A stretch of DNA of 64,000 bases from a virus. Positions 56,491 to 64,000 of the stretch are shown one piece after another (positions within the stretch are counted from its first letter, which is position 1; every line of letters starts with the position of its first letter). The position numbers were made by a program, and so were the translations under genes. The DNA is taken from IMG/VR virus record IMGVR_UViG_3300021602_000003, positions 102,257 to 166,256 of that record; one strand, 5' to 3'. The notes beneath the pieces were generated by a model. That model had not been told where the DNA came from and did no database searches. It saw only the letters and a list, made by a program, of their open reading frames with translations.

Positions 56491-56835
56491 ATGTTACCAC
56501 TTAAAGCGGCTATATTTACCGAAGTTAGAAGTAAGTATGAGACGGCAGCATCGTTAGACGATAACCAACTCAACAAACTCTTATTCCATCATCCCGATGG
56601 TGTGAGATTGTCACTGACTGGTTTTATCATTGTTAAGTCTATCTTTACTGTTTATTCATTTGAGCTACCCGATACCATTAAGTCCAGACATCAACGGGCG
56701 ATGTCTAAGATAGATTATCCTTATTTTGTTACAAAAAAGAGATTGATATTATTTTCAGAGAGCGATGCTATTACAATAAAATTATGTGGCGATGTCGAAA
56801 GGTTCTTGGAGACATACTCTACCTTTGACAGATAG
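56491..56835 (+). CDS. hypothetical protein
   Basis: TATAAATA 4 nt before ATG; G.RLS..G...PYF. Confidence 0.7.
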   Translation: MLPLKAAIFTEVRSKYETAASLDDNQLNKLLFHHPDGVRLSLTGFIIVKSIFTVYSFELPDTIKSRHQRAMSKIDYPYFVTKKRLILFSESDAITIKLCGDVERFLETYSTFDR

Positions 56836-56851
56836 TGTAAAATACAATAAT

Positions 56852-57331
56852 ATGACTAAGCACGACGATAGAGAAGGTGATCGGCTAATTGAAGCTCTTA
56901 CCATCGATAAAGAATTTATGAACCCTGTTAGACCGCATTATTATGTGCGTGGTAAGCTGTGGGAAGACTGGTGGGGATCTGGCACAGGTGCCATGGATGT
57001 TATATATCGTAAATCGAGTAGTCCACAACCCGAATCGGCCTTCGCAGAAAAGAAGGTACTTCATAGACTCTTTGGTCCATCACATATTAGTAGAAAGTAT
57101 GATTTCGAAGGTTGGTATAAAGACGGTGAACTTCATCGTGAAGACGGCCCCGCATATAGACATAAGCAGAGTAGGTTTTGGTTTGTAGATGGAAAATTGC
57201 ATCGTCTGGATGGGCCGGCAGTTGATGCTACAGGACATCCAAAAGAATATTGGATCAACGGGCAGCAATGGTCTCCGAAAGAATATAAGAAAGAAATTGA
57301 ACGCAGAAAGCGCAAAGGACTGATAGAATGA
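56852..57331 (+). CDS. LHRxDGPA repeat protein
   Basis: WYKDGELHREDGPA and WFVDGKLHRLDGPA repeats. Confidence 0.75.
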   Translation: MTKHDDREGDRLIEALTIDKEFMNPVRPHYYVRGKLWEDWWGSGTGAMDVIYRKSSSPQPESAFAEKKVLHRLFGPSHISRKYDFEGWYKDGELHREDGPAYRHKQSRFWFVDGKLHRLDGPAVDATGHPKEYWINGQQWSPKEYKKEIERRKRKGLIE

Positions 57332-57519
57332 ATGATTCGAAGGACGAAAGGATATATGAATTACAACAGGAAAATAGCCATCTGCGTGGACAGATAACAT
57401 ATTTGCAGGAACAACTATCTAGCCTCGAGGACGAAAAGGATAAAGTAGTTGAGAGACTGGAAGATAAAATCAGCGAGCTCGAGCAAAGTTTGGGCGATGC
57501 TTTTTTCTGGGACAATTAA
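57328..57519 (+). CDS. coiled-coil hypothetical protein
   Basis: AAGGA RBS; heptad pattern. Confidence 0.6.
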   Translation: MNDSKDERIYELQQENSHLRGQITYLQEQLSSLEDEKDKVVERLEDKISELEQSLGDAFFWDN

Positions 57520-57845
57520 TGCCAAATTATACAGAACCCACCGAAAAAGCCAGCGATATGATGTGGGATGCCGGGCTGGGTGGTGGTGGCTCATGTGTGC
57601 ATTGTAGCTGTGGTAAAGATCATAGCGTTCCAGAAGACAGCAATGATTCTTTCGGTTATATTGAGCTTGGCGGTATGTTATTTGTTTATGAATGTGAAGG
57701 GTGTGCTAAAAGTTTGTTAAAATACGAAAAGTTTATTTGGAGCAATCGCAGACACATACGCGAGTATCTGAAGATTAGAGTTGATCAAGAAAAAGCTTGG
57801 GCAGATCAAGAAAAAGTATTAAATGTATTAGCAGGTATAAAATGA
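57519..57845 (+). CDS. Cys-rich hypothetical protein
   Basis: CSCGK.H...CEGC; coupled. Confidence 0.65.
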   Translation: MPNYTEPTEKASDMMWDAGLGGGGSCVHCSCGKDHSVPEDSNDSFGYIELGGMLFVYECEGCAKSLLKYEKFIWSNRRHIREYLKIRVDQEKAWADQEKVLNVLAGIK

Positions 57846-58054
57846 ATGAACGAATTAAAGAACTATTGATTGAATCTAAATTTCCTTTATACGAATTATA
57901 TGGACGAGAAATGGATAAGTTTGCTGAACTCATTGTCCGCGAATGTTTAGATGTTGTTGCTCTTCGCCTATATCTTGGGACGGAAGAAATTTGCCGACAA
58001 GAATGCAAGGCGTTAGCATCAGACATAAAAGAATATTTCGGAGTTGAAGAATGA
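57842..58054 (+). CDS. hypothetical, MNERIKEL/FAELIVREC family
   Basis: Paralog of 61116 and 63080. Confidence 0.7.
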   Translation: MNERIKELLIESKFPLYELYGREMDKFAELIVRECLDVVALRLYLGTEEICRQECKALASDIKEYFGVEE

Positions 58055-58320
58055 CAAAAATAAAAGAGGAATTTTGTATAATATGCAATGCTCCCACTGT
58101 ATGGATTCGTTCAACTCAGTTTGCGGGCGATCATCCATTTTGCGATAAGTGTGCAAGACAAGAGGAAGATTTCGGTAAAAACGATTCTTACGAATTTTGG
58201 TATGAGATTAGACCGATTCCCGTACTAACACAGGAAGAGGAAGATTTTTTAACTCGCATTACAACGAGTGGTGCATTTACATTAGAAGCTACAAAGAAGG
58301 TATGGGGAATTAAAGAATGA
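58051..58320 (+). CDS. Zn-finger hypothetical protein
   Basis: CIIC...FCDKC. Confidence 0.65.
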   Translation: MTKIKEEFCIICNAPTVWIRSTQFAGDHPFCDKCARQEEDFGKNDSYEFWYEIRPIPVLTQEEEDFLTRITTSGAFTLEATKKVWGIKE

Positions 58321-59243
58321 AGGATGCATTAAAGACATTAGAGACGAATTTATTAGGTCGCGATTTCGTGATCGGAGACCTCCACGGCTGCTACGATGTG
58401 CTTCAGAATTTGCTAAAGAATATTAATTTCGATACTACTATCGACCGTATGATTTCCGTTGGTGACTTGGTCGACCGAGGTCCCGACCATCTCAAATGTT
58501 TGGAACTAATTAGAGAGCCTTGGTTTCATGCTGTGTTAGGTAATCATGAACAGATGATGCTTGAAAAATTCCACTGGCCGCACGGGACTGATAGTATGTG
58601 GTTTAATAATGGTGGACAATGGGGAATAGAAGCAATAAACGATAAAAAGAATCCGGCTCTGATACCTTCCGATCATAGTGTTGCCCTGTTTGATCTACTG
58701 CCACTTGTAGAGGAATTGCCTTACCTTATTACAGTAGATGTAAAGAATGGTAAAAAGTTTCATATCATTCACGCAGAATTCCCGGAGGTCCGGGTACCTC
58801 TTTCGGATGAAATTTTATCTGACCCGGATGACGTAAGAAAAATAGCAACTGTTCCATGTTATGAAGGCGACTCACTTACTTGGCACAGGTGCATATACTA
58901 CGAATTGTATGAACGCGATTTAAGTAATAGAGATAAGATACTTAGAGTAATTAAATATAATGACATGACGGGCATGTTTAATGACGAATTATCTCACATT
59001 ATTTGTGGCCACACTACATTACATCGCCCAATTACTATTGTGGGCCAAACGTGTATCGATACAGGTGCATGGCAATGCCGCTGGTCGATTACAGGCGGAT
59101 ATTCGCAGCATGGTGTGGCGCCGAAGAAATGGGCTGGATTAACTTGTGTCGAATTAAATGAATGGAAATTCTACCAGGCCACTGAAACCGAGTTTAAGGA
59201 AATAGAGCCTTTTGTTGTTAACAAGGTAGATCTAAAAGATTGA
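58317..59243 (+). CDS. Ser/Thr protein phosphatase (metallophosphoesterase, NinI/PphA-like)
   Basis: GDLHG, GDLVDRGP, GNHE, CGHT, IDTG. Confidence 0.9.
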   Translation: MKDALKTLETNLLGRDFVIGDLHGCYDVLQNLLKNINFDTTIDRMISVGDLVDRGPDHLKCLELIREPWFHAVLGNHEQMMLEKFHWPHGTDSMWFNNGGQWGIEAINDKKNPALIPSDHSVALFDLLPLVEELPYLITVDVKNGKKFHIIHAEFPEVRVPLSDEILSDPDDVRKIATVPCYEGDSLTWHRCIYYELYERDLSNRDKILRVIKYNDMTGMFNDELSHIICGHTTLHRPITIVGQTCIDTGAWQCRWSITGGYSQHGVAPKKWAGLTCVELNEWKFYQATETEFKEIEPFVVNKVDLKD

Positions 59244-59268
59244 CTAGTTTTAGACTTTGTACTATAAT
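59240..59268 (+). promoter_or_regulatory. sigma70 promoter
   Basis: TTGACT-17nt-TATAAT. Confidence 0.8.
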
Positions 59269-59285
59269 AGGACAAAGGATCGGAT

Positions 59286-59669
59286 ATGACAACAAATTTT
59301 GAAAAACTTATAGACCACTTGGAAAGTATTAGCATATGGAAGCCCGCCGATGTAACACAGGAACCAAATACAAAATTAACACAATGGAGAATCTATCGTG
59401 CTAAGGCCGATTTTCACGGAACAGGTGATACTATACATTTCGTAGGATATGCAGGCTATGAAGGTCGTGTCAGTTCTGCAATTCAAACATTTGATGCTAA
59501 ATCTCTTAAAGGTGTGTCAGGCAGTGGCCGAATTTACCAATTAACGGGAGACTCGGGATTCAATGGAGATGCAATGTATGTATGGGGTCGTTGGGTAACT
59601 ATGAATGGTAATCCCGAAGTAGAAGATATAACCGAAACATACTCTGGCAATGAAAACAATATTCTATAA
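59286..59669 (+). CDS. hypothetical protein
   Basis: L..WRI....HFVG....GRVSSAI..FD.......SGRIY.L.G. Confidence 0.7.
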   Translation: MTTNFEKLIDHLESISIWKPADVTQEPNTKLTQWRIYRAKADFHGTGDTIHFVGYAGYEGRVSSAIQTFDAKSLKGVSGSGRIYQLTGDSGFNGDAMYVWGRWVTMNGNPEVEDITETYSGNENNIL

Positions 59670-60117
59670 GAAGGAAGGTCGTAAATATATCCCTGTTAGG
59701 GAATATGACGATAGGACCAAGTTCTATAATGCTATGCCGTATGGTAATCACTTAGTGATGAAATATAAGAACGGCGAGCAACGGAATTACGACATTGATC
59801 CTGCATTTGCACCGATGATTGCAGCTGGTAGATATTGCAAAGATGCTATCTCTCGTGTTATAATGCGTGAGTCAGATTTAAGAGCAGCCAAAGGAAATAC
59901 TCTATTGACTGAGGAACAACGGATTGCATGGGATGCATTGGCAGCATCGTTTGGTGAAGAAACACATGCACTTCAGTGGCCATCTGCACAAGAAGCAGCC
60001 GATGCCGCTGTAAAAGCGATGCAGGAGGAAGCTGATAAACTGTTAAATAACCAGGCAGTGAGAAATGCCTATGATGATTTTATGCTAATTTGTAAATTAA
60101 CTAAGGACCCAAAATGA
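59650..60117 (+). CDS. hypothetical protein
   Basis: FYKK.GR.Y.PV.EYD; operon ORF. Confidence 0.7.
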   Translation: MKTIFYKKEGRKYIPVREYDDRTKFYNAMPYGNHLVMKYKNGEQRNYDIDPAFAPMIAAGRYCKDAISRVIMRESDLRAAKGNTLLTEEQRIAWDALAASFGEETHALQWPSAQEAADAAVKAMQEEADKLLNNQAVRNAYDDFMLICKLTKDPK

Positions 60118-60638
60118 CTATTACTCTTAAAGATTTTATGGAATGCACTCAGTATAAAATTACTGAAGGTAGTACCTACGGCTGGGCATGTTATGGTTCG
60201 GATGCCTATAACATGGATTTCTGGAACCAGAAACATGACGACACAGGCTGCTCAATCAGTATCATCTTTGATACAAAGACGCAAGTGGTATATGAAATGC
60301 AAGCGTGGGACTATGCTAACCATCGCGAATATCGTTGGATTCATCCAGACTATCTGGAAGCACACAGGGCTGAGGCAGATCTACGCGGTGTAGATTTCGA
60401 AGCATCGCTGGACGATAGTAAGTTCATCGATCTAGATGTCGAAGAAGATATCTTGAAGAAGGCTACTGCCATTGCTGCTGGTAAAGAATATGATACACGC
60501 ATAACGATAACATTAAATTTGGATGATGAAACCAAATTGTTATTGATGACGCAAGCTCACGAAGCTGATATGACGCTCAACCACTATGTTGAACATATTC
60601 TTAGAGAAGCAATAGCAAAATTTTCAATCGAGAAATAA
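60114..60638 (+). CDS. hypothetical protein with C-terminal ribbon-helix-helix-like segment
   Basis: ITLNL.......L...AHE.D.TLN.YVE.ILR. Confidence 0.65.
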   Translation: MTITLKDFMECTQYKITEGSTYGWACYGSDAYNMDFWNQKHDDTGCSISIIFDTKTQVVYEMQAWDYANHREYRWIHPDYLEAHRAEADLRGVDFEASLDDSKFIDLDVEEDILKKATAIAAGKEYDTRITITLNLDDETKLLLMTQAHEADMTLNHYVEHILREAIAKFSIEK

Positions 60639-60639
60639 T

Positions 60640-60864
60640 ATGACAAGCAAATATACTCTTATATATGAGGATGACGAAGTTACATCCTTTGGCCCGGGTC
60701 GTGAAATAAAGCATACTATCACAGGTGAACAGACTTGGCCGGACTTGCTTAATCATATCCAGGATTGGCTCAAAGGCATTGGCTACAATTTCGACGGCAC
60801 GCTCGAAATTATGAATGGCGATGAAAATGAAGCGAATAAACTACATGATAAATCTACAACTTAG
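60640..60864 (+). CDS. hypothetical protein
   Basis: Operon ORF. Confidence 0.6.
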   Translation: MTSKYTLIYEDDEVTSFGPGREIKHTITGEQTWPDLLNHIQDWLKGIGYNFDGTLEIMNGDENEANKLHDKSTT

Positions 60865-61123
60865 TATTACCAATCCGTGGTACACGGAAAACTTCCAAAA
60901 CTTGTTTTGCCGTTCCGGTAAGATTACCGAGCACAAAGCTTGGGAATTTGAAATTTGTCGCTATTCGTATGATATCGCCAAAATATATTTCCAATGGTCT
61001 GTTAAGTCTGATCATGCTGGCCCGTCGTTAGAGTTATGCTTATTCGGCTACGGCGTAGAAGTGAAGATTTATGATACACGGCACTGGGATTACGACAACA
61101 ACTGTTGGACAGTATATGATTGA
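60845..61123 (+). CDS. hypothetical protein
   Basis: DHAG...L.LFGY......YDTRHWD; start uncertain. Confidence 0.6.
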   Translation: MINLQLSITNPWYTENFQNLFCRSGKITEHKAWEFEICRYSYDIAKIYFQWSVKSDHAGPSLELCLFGYGVEVKIYDTRHWDYDNNCWTVYD

Positions 61124-61364
61124 TATTACGAGAGACCTAGCAAGAAAAGCTGGACTGATTGCCCCTTATGGAAGTGATCACGAAGGTTTGCGTGATTTCG
61201 ATTACAAAAAGTTTGCGGAATTAATCATTCGTGAAAGTATTAGTCAAATCGAAGAAGTAAGAGCGATCAAAGTTAGCACCGGTGACCAAGTGTATAATCA
61301 GGCATTCGACGATGGGTTACTTGTTGCGATAAGAACACTCGAAGGTCATTTTGGAGTTGAATGA
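61116..61364 (+). CDS. hypothetical, FAELI.RE family
   Basis: KFAELIIRE...HFGVE. Confidence 0.65.
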   Translation: MIDITRDLARKAGLIAPYGSDHEGLRDFDYKKFAELIIRESISQIEEVRAIKVSTGDQVYNQAFDDGLLVAIRTLEGHFGVE

Positions 61365-61558
61365 TGGGAACTATTTATTTATTAACAGTATTACTTTCGT
61401 TTGTGTGTATTTTCTACGGCACTCGAAAGCAGCGAGGCTCTATCACTATTGTCGATATTTGCATCATCGCAGTAGTCTCGTTGGTGCCCATGATTAATTT
61501 GGTTATGGCTTTTTATGTACTTTTGGAAGCTAAGGTATTCAGAAAGAAAATACACTGA
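61361..61558 (+). CDS. small membrane protein
   Basis: Two hydrophobic segments; GGAG RBS. Confidence 0.6.
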   Translation: MMGTIYLLTVLLSFVCIFYGTRKQRGSITIVDICIIAVVSLVPMINLVMAFYVLLEAKVFRKKIH

Positions 61559-61615
61559 AGTCAAATAACGTGCTAATATTTCATTTTTTAGCGGCAGATA
61601 ATAAATATCATTATC

Positions 61616-62059
61616 ATGATACATTACATAAAAGACACCCTAAATTCCTTTCTATCCTTTATCAAAGACGATCCTGTCCGCCCGGAAATTCCGACTGAGT
61701 TCCGAGTAAGTGACGGTCGTATAGTTATTGTACTGTCCAACGATTTATCGAATAGTACGCCCGACGCTATGGTATGTGTCAGCTTCCACTCTGCGATTCC
61801 TGAGAACGTTGCTGAACTATCGACTAACACCGATAATCCAACTATGGCGGTGTTTTATACGATATGGAGTTACAGACCGGGTGCAGGCGCTGAACTGTTA
61901 CTAAAGGCTGTCGATAGTATTCGCATACAATATCCAACAGTAACACGATTTGTCACACTAAGTCCTAAAACGCCTATGGCTCGCCGATTCCATTTAAAGA
62001 ATGGTGCTGCGATTTTTAGGGAAAACACGGATACCGTTAATTACGAGTATTCGATCTAA
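61616..62059 (+). CDS. GNAT-like hypothetical protein
   Basis: FYTIWSY.PGAG.ELL...TLSP...ARRFH.KNG resembles GNAT motifs A and B. Confidence 0.55.
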   Translation: MIHYIKDTLNSFLSFIKDDPVRPEIPTEFRVSDGRIVIVLSNDLSNSTPDAMVCVSFHSAIPENVAELSTNTDNPTMAVFYTIWSYRPGAGAELLLKAVDSIRIQYPTVTRFVTLSPKTPMARRFHLKNGAAIFRENTDTVNYEYSI

Positions 62060-62076
62060 TTAATATTCGGAGTTAA

Positions 62077-62271
62077 ATGATGTACATACACAGAGATGAT
62101 TTAAAGAAGATGGTAGAGATTATGGATAAATTTCCTAATATCGAAACCTTCTTAATTGAACAGGATAATTCGAGCGGCATAGGTTCAACCACTTCTATGA
62201 CAATACGGACCACAATCGAAGGTGAAGAGGGCGAATTTAAGATTGAAGTATCCGGCGTAGAAGGTTGGTAA
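62077..62271 (+). CDS. hypothetical protein
   Basis: GGAG RBS; SSGIG motif. Confidence 0.65.
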   Translation: MMYIHRDDLKKMVEIMDKFPNIETFLIEQDNSSGIGSTTSMTIRTTIEGEEGEFKIEVSGVEGW

Positions 62272-62297
62272 TATGAGACTAGATGGATAATTAAAAA

Positions 62298-63083
62298 ATG
62301 AATATTTTACTGACCGGCTATAAAGGATTTATAGGAGGCCACATGTTGACTGCGCTAGAATCCGCAGGACATTCTGTGTCAACTTATGAATGGGGCGAAA
62401 GTAATCTCCCTAGTGTCATGGAACAAGACTGGGTTATACATATTGGTGCAATCAGTAGCACAATCGAAAGAGATATAGAAAAGGTAATGCGACAAAATTT
62501 TGATTTTAGTCGTCAATTGTATAATGCTTGTAAAACATACGGTGTTAATTTTCAATATTCGAGTAGCGCAAGCGTTTATGGCCTAAACAGCACATTCAAA
62601 GAAGATGCCCAATTGGATCCTCGCACCCCGTATGCATGGAGTAAATACTTATTTGAACGATATGTACGCAATCATCCCGGCGGCAATATTATTCAGGGAT
62701 TTAGATATTTTAATGTCTATGGCCCCGAAGGGGAAGAACATAAAGGCGATCAAGCAAGTCCTCATTTTAAATTTACAAAGCAGGCTAAGGAAACTGGCGT
62801 AATTAAGTTATTTAAAAATAGTGAAAATTTTATGAGAGATTTTATTCAAGTTCAGAAAGTAATAAAAACTCATCTAGATTTTTTGAATATTAATAAGAGT
62901 GGATTATGGAATCTGGGAACGGGGCAGGCATCGTCTTTTGAGTTGGTTGCTCGTACAATTGCAGAGAAGTATAATGCAAGAGTCGAGTACATCGATATGC
63001 CGGATATTTTAAAAGATTCCTATCAAGCATATACATGCGCCGATATGCAAAATTTAAACAATACTTGTAATATAAAGATATGA
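62298..63083 (+). CDS. hldD: ADP-L-glycero-D-manno-heptose 6-epimerase-like SDR
   Basis: TG..GFIG, H.GAISST, SSASVYG, YAWSK, RYFNVYGP.E.HKG, YQ.YTCAD. Confidence 0.85.
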   Translation: MNILLTGYKGFIGGHMLTALESAGHSVSTYEWGESNLPSVMEQDWVIHIGAISSTIERDIEKVMRQNFDFSRQLYNACKTYGVNFQYSSSASVYGLNSTFKEDAQLDPRTPYAWSKYLFERYVRNHPGGNIIQGFRYFNVYGPEGEEHKGDQASPHFKFTKQAKETGVIKLFKNSENFMRDFIQVQKVIKTHLDFLNINKSGLWNLGTGQASSFELVARTIAEKYNARVEYIDMPDILKDSYQAYTCADMQNLNNTCNIKI

Positions 63084-63319
63084 TGAACGAACGAATCAAA
63101 GAACTTGCCGAACAGGCCGGTATACCGTTCGCCCGAGTAATATCCGGGTCGGCACCGCCCTATGTGATTTGCCCCGAGGAAGCATTAGAAGAATTTGCTA
63201 GATTAATTGTTAAAGAATGCTCCGATGTTATTATGACCAAAGACCGATATCGTCGAGAATATTTTGCTTCTGTAGTAAACAACCATTTCAAAAGTAACCT
63301 TAATCCACTAGACAATTAA
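63080..63319 (+). CDS. hypothetical, MNERIKEL/FARLIVKEC family
   Basis: Paralog of 57842 and 61116. Confidence 0.7.
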   Translation: MMNERIKELAEQAGIPFARVISGSAPPYVICPEEALEEFARLIVKECSDVIMTKDRYRREYFASVVNNHFKSNLNPLDN

Positions 63320-63337
63320 TAATCAATTACATATAAT
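63309..63337 (+). promoter_or_regulatory. sigma70 promoter
   Basis: TAGACA-17nt-TATAAT. Confidence 0.7.
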
Positions 63338-63360
63338 ACACTACACACAAAGGAGTTTAT

Positions 63361-63520
63361 ATGATCTTTTTAGAATTAGTTAGCAGGGTGGGCCGAAAAT
63401 AAACGTTCTAAAAGAAGATATAAATATAAACCAGACGGTTTTATAAAAAATGCTTATAATAGTTGGAATAAAAAATTCTGTGTTAAGATTAATTTTGTAG
63501 AATCTAAGGGCAAGGTATGA
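63361..63520 (+). pseudogene. probable frameshifted small gene
   Basis: Strong AAGGAG-ATG gives only 13 aa; the +1 frame stays open from 63380 to TGA 63520 and couples to the next gene. Confidence 0.45.
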
Positions 63521-63693
63521 AACTAACAGAAGAAGAAAAGCAACTGGTTCAAGATCACCGCGATAAAGTCGCAATGCGCCGAGAAAAAGAAGCACAACAG
63601 GCAGCATGTGAACACAACTGGCAATATTTTGCTCACGGACACAATGATGATGCGTATCAATGTACCAGATGCGGGTTTATGAAATGGGAATGA
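63517..63693 (+). CDS. small Zn-ribbon protein (58 aa)
   Basis: Hand-translated MKLTEEEK...CEHNW...CTRCG; ATGA coupled. Confidence 0.65.
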   Translation: MKLTEEEKQLVQDHRDKVAMRREKEAQQAACEHNWQYFAHGHNDDAYQCTRCGFMKWE

Positions 63694-63896
63694 AAGACGA
63701 AGCGGAAAGAAAGCGGCTTATAGCCCTGGGGTATTCGGCCGCAGCAATTGCTATGTTTGAAGGGAATCCTGCAGGTACATTAGGCTACTATGAAGTGCTG
63801 AGAGAGATTGAAGGACCACGCCCGATGGGTTGCCCAAAATGCGGTTGCCCCGGTCCTATTATGGGCACCGGTGATTGTAACTGCGGAGAAGATTGA
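63690..63896 (+). CDS. small Cys-rich hypothetical protein
   Basis: CPKCG...CNCG; ATGA coupled. Confidence 0.55.
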   Translation: MKDEAERKRLIALGYSAAAIAMFEGNPAGTLGYYEVLREIEGPRPMGCPKCGCPGPIMGTGDCNCGED

Positions 63897-64000
63897 TGAA
63901 ACTAAGAACTTTTATTACTATGATCGGTGGTATGATTGCCCTGATATTTTTGGTGTTGGTGATAACCTCTTTGATTGTAGGTTAACATGAAACTCTGTCC

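Noticed and set aside
1500-63607. Numerous 60-170 aa antisense or alternate-frame ORFs in the track (e.g. 2950..3471-, 10436..10918-, 33202..33525-)
   Set aside because: They lie inside well-supported genes and have no motifs or RBS, so they are treated as shadow ORFs.
1-64000. Stop-codon recoding (TAG or TGA) as seen in some large phages
   Set aside because: Conserved genes (polB, clpA, clpX, clpP, queE) are full length in the standard code, and TAG and TGA end genes at natural boundaries.
1-64000. CRISPR array, tRNA or rRNA genes
   Set aside because: I saw no regularly spaced repeats or cloverleafs. Intergenic gaps are short and explained by promoters, terminators or UTR hairpins. A scan was not possible.

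Overview
This is a 64-kb, AT-rich, gene-dense segment of a large (jumbo-type, T4-like or myovirus-like) dsDNA bacteriophage genome read in the standard genetic code, mostly on the + strand. Replication genes: family B DNA polymerase, probable sliding clamp, clamp loader, RNase H/FEN, DEDDh exonuclease and a short DnaE-like fragment. 7-deazaguanine genes: folE, queD, queE, a second QueD-like gene, and a TGT/DpdA-like transglycosylase next to polB. The transglycosylase is followed by two oxidoreductases, a glycosyltransferase and GalE, which suggests a possibly glycosylated deazaguanine DNA modification. Proteostasis genes are unusually complete (ClpX, ClpP, ClpA, ClpS, Hsp20, DnaJ, GroES), and ClpX and ClpS have altered substrate-recognition residues. 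Also present are bS21 and IF-1, iron/Fe-S genes, nucleotide-pool enzymes, six homing-endonuclease-like ORFs and acidic candidate head proteins. The non-coding sequence holds many 17-bp-spaced sigma70 promoters and a recurrent (T/G)ATAAATA late-promoter motif. Genes behind that motif are either leaderless or have their RBS inside a hairpin overlapping the promoter. A four-hairpin ROSE-like thermometer lies before hsp20. I saw no CRISPR array, tRNA or rRNA. All assignments come from motif recognition by eye, not from database searches.
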